A DNA stretch of 33,119 nucleotides, taken from sequence record DRR723986_1789; one strand, given 5' to 3'. The notes beneath the pieces are model-generated. The model was not told the origin of the DNA, searched no databases, and saw only the letters and a list, made by a program, of their open reading frames with translations. Position 1 is the first letter of the stretch. Each line of letters starts with the position of its first letter. Positions 26,443-33,119 of the stretch are shown here, piece after piece. The translations under genes and the position numbers were made by a program.

Positions 26443-28386
26443 TTATCGAATCGGTCGCGAGTCACTGGCTGATTCACTTTGGGTGTAAAGTTGGCGATCC
26501 AACTGGCCAAGCACCTGCAAGAACATTGGCTTGAGCCGAAGTGAACCGTCGACTGACAAGTGGTCGGCATCTCGGTACATCGATATCCCGCCAACCTGCG
26601 CTGGCCAGAAGCCGTCGTCCTGGCACAGGTGTTCAGAAGGGCTCAACACGATACCGCCTGAGTCTCTGATCGGATCTAGCAGCTCATTCATCGTGGAGCT
26701 TTGCTCGGCATACACCTCCGCGTTGGTTCCGATTCTATCCGTTGAACGACCTTGCCAAGCTGTCTGCGCAAGCAGCCTAGGAAAACTGGACGGGCCAGCG
26801 GCGACATCTTCGACAATGCAGTAGTGGACACCTGCTTCGTCAAGCGTTTCCAAAGTAGCTCGGAATTGTCGCGCAAATTCGGGGTCGTCTTCATACATGG
26901 CCCAGTAGCCTGCCATGATGACTAAGTCGTAGTCTGCTTCTTGCAAGTGCTTGAGCACCGAAGCATTGAATTGCGAAGTGGTAGTCTCGAAGTTCTCCTT
27001 AGTTTCGACTTCGAAATCTAGGACGGGCGGCGTCATGGAGCGAGTCAGCCGCACGCCACGCAGTCCCAGTTCCTTGCAAGCCGCATCGACACCTGCCACC
27101 AGCGACATCGCGTGGCTGTCCCCCCAGACTGCGACGCGAGCCTGGCCATCGCCCGCACCGATGGTTGACAGTTCTCCAGCCTCGACCATCCACGAGAGTG
27201 TTTCGTCCGTAAACTGGGTACTCTCCTTGGCTAGGTCAAATGCCTGAGCCTGTTGTGGCAAACGATTGGAAACACCGTTTGATACATAGATCACGGCTGC
27301 AAGAACCAATGCGACAGGCGCAGTAGCGAGTATCCCTTTGAACACACGCGAGTGCCCTTGGCGCGTTGGCTTGTAATGGCGAAGTGGCGATTCTACGGCG
27401 TAGTAGGACGCTAGGGCACACGCGGCGGTCAGCCCAAGACAGAGAACTGCACCGCTAATCCCCATCTCTGCGCCGAACCAATAACGGTAGTAGGCCATGA
27501 TAGGCCAGTGCCAAAGGTATAGCGAATATGAGACCAATCCAATCCCGACCATCGGCTTGGCGGAGAGCAAGCTGCCCACGCTGGTAGATTGCGCATGGCT
27601 GTTTCCGTGAATGATCAACAGCGCGCCGAAAGTCGGCAACAACGCGTTGACTCCCGGAAACGCCGTCTCGTGCCCGTACCACAGGAAGCAGAAAGCGATC
27701 GCCGCCAATCCCGAGGCACTCATTAGCTGGGCAGTACGACGTCCTCGAATCTCTGGAGTAAAACAAAGCAGTCCACCAATCGACATTTCCCAAGCTCTGG
27801 TGGGCAGCAGGAAGAAAGTCGCATTTGGATTGATGACCATTCCGGTGCAGCACACCGCAAAAGAGCCGGCGGTTAACAACGCCAAGACCCAGCACTTCTG
27901 CCGTTGGCTAAACCTTCCAATGAGAACGAGCAACACTGGGTAGAAGAAGTAAAACTGTTCCTCAACCGCCAGAGACCATGTATGCAATAACGGCTTCAGC
28001 TCCGCTGCACTGTCAAAGTAGCCAGTGTGTCGCCAGAAGAAGACGTTCGAAGCGAATAGTTGCTGCCAAATCGTCGAACGCGCCAGTTCGACATAGTCGG
28101 TTGGCAGCAACAGAAAGTAGCCCGCCAGCAGCGTTGCCATCACCATAGCCGCGGATGCTGGGACGATCCTCTTGATGCGGCGTACCCAAAACTGCTTGAG
28201 GCTGAACTTCTCGTTTTCCTGCTGGCTTAAAATTAGCCCAGTGATCAAGAATCCGGAAATCACGAAAAAGATGTCAACACCAACGAATCCACCGGTGCAG
28301 CCCAGGCCGGCGTGAAAAAGCAGAACGGCAACAACTGCCACGGCGCGCAATCCATCCACATCAGCGCGGTAGCGAAAACTCTTCAT
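26443..28386 (-). CDS. Acyltransferase-3 (OafA/YrhL) with C-terminal SGNH hydrolase domain
   Basis: YRADVDGLRAVAV, GGFVGVDIFFVISGFLIT, FWVRRIKRIVP, HTWSLAVEEQFY and SYSLYLWHWP. SGNH motifs VWGDSHA and YRDADHLS. ATG at 28386 chosen; the ORF track extends to 28398. Confidence 0.95.
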   Translation of the reverse strand: MKSFRYRADVDGLRAVAVVAVLLFHAGLGCTGGFVGVDIFFVISGFLITGLILSQQENEKFSLKQFWVRRIKRIVPASAAMVMATLLAGYFLLLPTDYVELARSTIWQQLFASNVFFWRHTGYFDSAAELKPLLHTWSLAVEEQFYFFYPVLLVLIGRFSQRQKCWVLALLTAGSFAVCCTGMVINPNATFFLLPTRAWEMSIGGLLCFTPEIRGRRTAQLMSASGLAAIAFCFLWYGHETAFPGVNALLPTFGALLIIHGNSHAQSTSVGSLLSAKPMVGIGLVSYSLYLWHWPIMAYYRYWFGAEMGISGAVLCLGLTAACALASYYAVESPLRHYKPTRQGHSRVFKGILATAPVALVLAAVIYVSNGVSNRLPQQAQAFDLAKESTQFTDETLSWMVEAGELSTIGAGDGQARVAVWGDSHAMSLVAGVDAACKELGLRGVRLTRSMTPPVLDFEVETKENFETTTSQFNASVLKHLQEADYDLVIMAGYWAMYEDDPEFARQFRATLETLDEAGVHYCIVEDVAAGPSSFPRLLAQTAWQGRSTDRIGTNAEVYAEQSSTMNELLDPIRDSGGIVLSPSEHLCQDDGFWPAQVGGISMYRDADHLSVDGSLRLKPMFLQVLGQLDRQLYTQSESASDSRPIR

Positions 28387-29092
28387 GGCGGGTCCCACAG
28401 ACTAGCAACTTTACTACCGGACCACTGCAGGCGTGCTCGTTCCAACGAGCCAGAGGCTTCTTGTTAGGTAGGAATATGTTGCGATGAGGATAGTCGCGAC
28501 CAACCAGTACGAACCGCAGCCTCAAGACTTTCGAAGAAATAGCCCGCCAAACCACCTGAGTGGGTGCCGACGCAAGACCAAGGAGAGTGGTTTCAGATGA
28601 CGAAAGCGTAATGAAGCGCCGGCCGCACAGGTGGAAGCCGTGACAAAGCCAAGTGGTGGATGCTGGCAGAGAGATTAGAAACGGGTTTTACCGCCTCGCT
28701 GCAGCTACTCATACTTTTTGGCGGAAAAATTCGGTGGAAGAAGATAGCGGGCGACAGCAGCGCAGACTCATGGCTCGTGACAGGGCTAGCTGCACATCCA
28801 GCTTCTACGCAATTGCTTCTTCTTCAAATTCCTCTGGTGCTTCTCCTTCATTTCCTCTGGCTGCTCATGCTTGCAAAGCAGATGTGACTACCGGCGGGGG
28901 GCAGCTTTTTGCTATCAGGTAATTGCGGTGCGAATTCTCTGTAACTGCAACTGGTGCGTGACAGACTTCTTGTTAACGACACTCAGTTGCACCTGCGAGG
29001 ATTTGGCATCGGTGTTTTGTAGCTGGCAATGAATGCATATTCATGGCTATCAGCCTCCAAGCTATTGCTAGCTTGGTCGCAGATGGTTGCTG

Positions 29093-29164
29093 GGATAATC
29101 CGGACATCCGGGACAATCGCGAGAATCCGAATAATCGTTTTTTCTTAACTTGCCCGAATAATCC
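29093..29164. repeat. Phased imperfect 9-bp direct repeats
   Basis: ggataatcc, ggacatccg, ggacaatcg, cgagaatcc and gaataatcg (29093-29137), plus an in-register gaataatcc at 29156-29164. Confidence 0.6.
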
Positions 29165-29197
29165 GAATTTTTTAACACGAGCTGCCGAAAACAAACA

Positions 29198-29226
29198 TTG
29201 ACGACGTAATTGGGATTCAGTATTCC
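29198..29226 (+). promoter_or_regulatory. Candidate sigma70-type promoter for the secretin gene
   Basis: TTGACG-N17-TATTCC: good -35, weak -10. Confidence 0.3.
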
Positions 29227-29551
29227 CCAATCGGGGCTAGAGGTAGGCGAAGGCTCGCCAACTAATAGCTCCGGCGCGAACCTGCTCTGTCAGGGACGGA
29301 TTGCGTCAGGAATAGGCAGCCTTGCTTCGGTGGCCAAGTGGTTGTTGTCATAACGCACAACGCCTACTGCACCGACTCGGATGCTGGAGGCAGTACCTTT
29401 TCAAGCTTTGGTTTGAAGGGGTCGGCTCAGCCAGCGAACCAAGGCTGCTTGATTGCGAGAATTGGCCGTGCGAAGCGGCGAATTGGGCTGGCATTTCGCC
29501 AAACAGCCGGCAAACACCGGTTACTCACCATCGCGAAGAAGGAGAGTCGCG

Positions 29552-32500
29552 TTGAGTCAGGAAAACTCGAAACAGAAACGTCGTTGGTTGAAGCGGGTCT
29601 TGGGTGCATATGCAGCCAAGTCGCTGATGATGGCTCCTGCACTGCTATCACCATTCATCGCGACATCGAACACGGCTTTGGGGCAAGCACCAACTGGGGC
29701 ACAAGTGGCTGCTGCCCCTGCTGCGGTGCAAGTGGACAATAAATTTGTCCTCGACTGGATCAACTATGCACAGGCCAATGCGAAAGACACCAAAGTCGCC
29801 GCACTGGCTTACGCGGAAGCACTCCGCGGACGCATTCACCTGCAAAAGCGCGGTGAGCTCGATCCAGCCGTCGAAGCCCACCGTCAAAAGGTAGAAGCCG
29901 AACTTATCAAAGCCGGCTTGACCAAAAAGAACGTTGAGGATGCGGTGCAGAAGCTTGCCGCTCCTCGTCGTGCGCCTTCCGCCGTGAAGCCAGCCGTCAC
30001 CACGGCTGTTCAAACTGGACCGGCTCCCGTCGTTCCTGCTTCCGGCCAACCAGCACCGACGCAAGTTGTGCCAGCCAGCTCGATTAGCTCTGGACCAACC
30101 GCGCAAGCGGCTCCAGCATTGAACCTGCCAACCGCACAGACTCCACCAGGCGTAACGCCCGGCGTATTCTGGCCTGGTCAGGACGGCACCGCTAATCAAG
30201 CAGCCAGTGGTCAGCAGCTTAGCCCGGCTACTCCAATTGATAGTACCGCTAGCGGCGAAGAACTTTACACTCGAGGTGTTGAGCTACTCTCGCAAGGCGA
30301 CCGTCAAGGTGCGTTGGAAATGTTCCAACGCGCATGGCGATACGAAGGCGAGATGGATGTAACCATCCGAGCTCAGTTGAAGGACAAGCTGTCCTCGATG
30401 CAAATCTCTTCTGGACGACGCGGTCCAGAGCAGATTGGTGCATCACCGATTCAGCAAGTCTCTCAAGAGCAATTGATTGCTCGCCAGAAGATGTCTGCCG
30501 AAGTGTCGAGTGAGATTGCGGCTGCGGAAGCAAATCGTGAAAGCGAACCACAAGTGGTCGCCGAACGATTGCAAACCCTGCGAACTCGTGTCTCTCAAGC
30601 TGCACTAGACGGTCAGACTCGAAAACAGCTTCTGACATTGGTGGATCGCCAAATTGCTTCCCACCAGATCTACATGACGCAAAATCGTGCTGCCATTGAT
30701 CAGAACTTGCGGAATCGCCAAGTGCGTGAGCAAATGGCTCTCGATCAAGAGCAGACCTACAAGGTCCAGCAGCAAATCGCGTCTCTAGTCAACAGCTATA
30801 ACGACCTGATGGACGAAGGCCGATTTGCAGAAGCGGAAGTAACCGCCAAGCAAGTTGGCGTGCTAGATCGCGATTCCGAAATTGCGAGCGTGATGATCGC
30901 TAAGGCACGCGTCCAGCGTCGCCAACTAGAAGGAAACATTATTCGCGAAGCCAAGGAAGATGGTTTTGTTGACGTGATGCTCGACGCAGACCGCGCAGCA
31001 ATCCCACTCCCTGATTCAGAGCGACTCGTCTTTCCGGAAGAGTGGGACGCACTGTCGAAACGCCGCGCAGAAACCGTCGCTCGCGAGCAGCAAGGGATGA
31101 GCCCTGATGAAGCTCGCATTTACGACCAACTGAAGACGCCTGTCATGGTCGACTTCGACAAGCGACCGCTTTCGGAAGTTGTCGGAGTTCTCTCGAACCT
31201 GACCGGTATTCCAATTGTGATCGATGAAGTTAGCCTTGGTTCCGAGGGCTTCGCAAGTTCCGCTGAAGTGCCAATCTCGTTGAGTCTGCCAAGTCAGATT
31301 CAACTACGAAGTGCACTGAATTTGATGCTTGCCAGCCACGGTCTGAACTACCAAGTCGACAACCAAGTACTGCTGATTACATCAAAGGAGTCTAAGAAGG
31401 CCCTGCGACGTGTCACGTACAATGTAAAGGATTTGGTAATCCCGATCCCGAACTTTGTACACGACTACAACAGCGGTATGGCCGGTGCGATCCGCAACGC
31501 CTATCAAACGGTTGCAGCGGGACGTGGGCTGATGGCGGCTAGCGAACAACGGGGGGTTGTTAACAACTCTCTGCAATACGCGTCTGTCGATCCGAATTCG
31601 CCAGCACTTGGTCAGCTCAACAACCTCGCTGGTGGCAATTTGCCTGGCCAGCTTGGTGGTGGCCTACTGGGCGGCGGAAGCGGCCCGAGCATGGGCTCCC
31701 CAATGGGGCCGATGAACATGGGCGGGGGCAACCCGATCGGTGGTGGAGCAGCCATGGCTGACTTCGACACGCTGATGAACCTGATCCAGCAAACGATTGA
31801 TCCGGACAACTGGCTAGCAGCCGGTGGCGAAAGCACCATGCTACCATACCCATCCAACTTGTCGCTGGTCGTCAGTGCTCCTCAAACGACGCATGAGAAG
31901 ATTGCTGAGCTGTTGGAATCGCTTCGACGTCTGCAAGACTTGCAGGTAACCATCGAAGTCAAGTTCATCACGCTCAACGATAACTTCTTCGAGCGACTGG
32001 GCGTAGACTTTGATGTCCGCGTCGACGACAACGTCCGACGATTGCCAGAAGACGACCAAGGCCCAAGTGCCACGGTTGGTCTGAACGCTGAATTCAACCC
32101 GTTCACCGGTGGAGCTCCGCCAGTGACGAGTGACTTGGACGTGACGTTCAGCCAAGGATCCTTCGGTGCTGCTATCCCAACGTTCGGTGGCTTCACCACT
32201 GATGCAGGTGGTAGCATTGGCTTCGCCATCCTGAGTGACTTGGAGATGTTCTTCTTCATGAACGCTGCTCAAGGTGACTCGCGAACCAACGTACTTCAAG
32301 CACCTCGAGTAACCATGTTCGACGGACAATTTGCTTCGATCAACGATACGGTTCAGCGACCATTCGTTACGGGGCTCATCCCAGTCGTCGGTGACTTCGC
32401 GGTTGCTCAACAGCCTGTCATCGTTGTCCTCAACGAAGGTACAGTGTTGAATGTGCAAGCGACGGTTACGGCCGACAAGAAATATGTTCGCTTGACGCTC

Positions 32501-32911
32501 AACCCGACCTTTACCGCCATCGACCGAGTTGACACCTTCACATTCGAAGGCAGCCGAACGACCCGCTCTGGATCGAACGTACTCGACCCAGCCGGAAACG
32601 TTACTGGTGAAAACGACGACGTCGAAGAAATCGTGGTTGGTTCGACGGTACAGCAACCAAGTTTGATCTCCACTAACATCTCCACAACCGTCAGTGTTCC
32701 TGACGGTGGTACGATCCTCCTGGGTGGTATCAAGCGGATGCGTGAAGGTCGAACCGAACGTGGCGTGCCAATCCTCAGCAAGATTCCTTACGTCAACCGA
32801 TTGTTCAAGAACACTGCGATTGGCCGTGAGACAAGTACGCTCATGATGACCGTGACTCCACGAATCATCATCCAAGAAGAAGAGGAAGCTCTCCTCGGCG
32901 TAGGTAACTAG
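29552..32911 (+). CDS. Large secretin (GspD/PilQ superfamily) with long N-terminal helical extension
   Basis: TTG at 29552 behind an AAGGAG RBS gives a signal-peptide-like N-terminus; the ORF track starts at 29453. STN/N0-like domain (LKTPVMVDFDKRPLSEVV...LRSALNLML), N3 domain (DFDTLMNLIQQTIDPDNW), secretin core (QVTIEVKFI, APRVTMFDGQ, TTVSVPDGGTILLGG, GVPILSKIPYVNRLFK, VTPRII). Confidence 0.93.
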   Translation: MSQENSKQKRRWLKRVLGAYAAKSLMMAPALLSPFIATSNTALGQAPTGAQVAAAPAAVQVDNKFVLDWINYAQANAKDTKVAALAYAEALRGRIHLQKRGELDPAVEAHRQKVEAELIKAGLTKKNVEDAVQKLAAPRRAPSAVKPAVTTAVQTGPAPVVPASGQPAPTQVVPASSISSGPTAQAAPALNLPTAQTPPGVTPGVFWPGQDGTANQAASGQQLSPATPIDSTASGEELYTRGVELLSQGDRQGALEMFQRAWRYEGEMDVTIRAQLKDKLSSMQISSGRRGPEQIGASPIQQVSQEQLIARQKMSAEVSSEIAAAEANRESEPQVVAERLQTLRTRVSQAALDGQTRKQLLTLVDRQIASHQIYMTQNRAAIDQNLRNRQVREQMALDQEQTYKVQQQIASLVNSYNDLMDEGRFAEAEVTAKQVGVLDRDSEIASVMIAKARVQRRQLEGNIIREAKEDGFVDVMLDADRAAIPLPDSERLVFPEEWDALSKRRAETVAREQQGMSPDEARIYDQLKTPVMVDFDKRPLSEVVGVLSNLTGIPIVIDEVSLGSEGFASSAEVPISLSLPSQIQLRSALNLMLASHGLNYQVDNQVLLITSKESKKALRRVTYNVKDLVIPIPNFVHDYNSGMAGAIRNAYQTVAAGRGLMAASEQRGVVNNSLQYASVDPNSPALGQLNNLAGGNLPGQLGGGLLGGGSGPSMGSPMGPMNMGGGNPIGGGAAMADFDTLMNLIQQTIDPDNWLAAGGESTMLPYPSNLSLVVSAPQTTHEKIAELLESLRRLQDLQVTIEVKFITLNDNFFERLGVDFDVRVDDNVRRLPEDDQGPSATVGLNAEFNPFTGGAPPVTSDLDVTFSQGSFGAAIPTFGGFTTDAGGSIGFAILSDLEMFFFMNAAQGDSRTNVLQAPRVTMFDGQFASINDTVQRPFVTGLIPVVGDFAVAQQPVIVVLNEGTVLNVQATVTADKKYVRLTLNPTFTAIDRVDTFTFEGSRTTRSGSNVLDPAGNVTGENDDVEEIVVGSTVQQPSLISTNISTTVSVPDGGTILLGGIKRMREGRTERGVPILSKIPYVNRLFKNTAIGRETSTLMMTVTPRIIIQEEEEALLGVGN

Positions 32912-33025
32912 AGCATCCTCGAACGAACGTCTGGCACAGGTGGCTGAGGCTAGAGAATTGGGTCCTTGGCCCAGCCACTAGCATTGACGTTCAAAGACTG
33001 TCGCACACAAAGCACAGGTCTCCGC

Positions 33026-33061
33026 GGGCTCGTCAGGAACAATTCCTGGCGAGCCCTTTTT
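33026..33061 (+). terminator. Rho-independent terminator
   Basis: GGGCTCGTCAGGAA-CAA-TTCCTGGCGAGCCC followed by TTTTT (14-bp stem with one G-U pair). Confidence 0.88.
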
Positions 33062-33119
33062 CGTTTGCAAAACTGTGCCGATCCCAACTTTCTAGTGCGA
33101 GTCGCACGGACGTATAGCG

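Noticed and set aside
28820-28870. TTCCTCTGG repeat at 23-bp spacing, reading as an acidic peptide (PEE...EAPEEFEEEA) on the minus strand, a possible gene remnant
   Set aside because: Only two short copies, frames interrupted by stops, and no identifiable homologue from sequence alone.
29453-29551. N-terminal 33 codons of the secretin ORF as called by the ORF track
   Set aside because: A strong AAGGAG RBS precedes the TTG at 29552, and that start yields a plausible signal peptide.
31841-32875. 344-aa antisense ORF
   Set aside because: It lies wholly opposite the conserved secretin core and has no recognisable motif, consistent with a shadow ORF from codon bias.
1-33119. Mobile elements, CRISPR arrays, tRNA/rRNA/tmRNA/RNase P genes, known defence systems
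   Set aside because: I saw no transposase or integrase motifs, repeat-spacer arrays or conserved RNA gene signatures on either strand.

Overview
A 33 kb chromosomal window that looks planctomycetal (Pirellulaceae-like), judged from the giant secretin, the EF-hand-tailed MacA-type adaptor, the M50-HlyD fusion and rpmA separated from rplU. I found no rRNA, tRNA, CRISPR array, transposase or phage genes. Left to right: (1) the end of a secretion-like module (partial HlyD-type adaptor, a PqqD/RRE-like + site-2 (M50) protease + HlyD fusion, a DUF3467-like protein, terminator); (2) an exported NHL beta-propeller; (3) a minus-strand two-component pair (PAS-PAS-HisKA-HATPase-REC-Hpt hybrid kinase and a REC + degenerate HD-GYP regulator); (4) about 1 kb of structured intergenic DNA; (5) an exported hypothetical protein, then rpmA-obgE-coaX, followed directly by two uncharacterised paralogous P-loop GTPases with helical stalks and membrane segments (dynamin-like pair); (6) minus-strand ribBA, moaB and a MacAB-type ABC exporter; (7) a small hypothetical protein, a KGSADH-type aldehyde dehydrogenase, a small membrane protein and an OafA-type acyltransferase-SGNH; (8) an AT-richer spacer with phased 9-bp repeats upstream of an isolated ~1120-aa secretin. 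The best candidates for an under-described system are the tandem dynamin-like GTPase pair and the RRE-M50-HlyD/DUF3467 module. All family calls come from reading motifs by eye, not from database searches.
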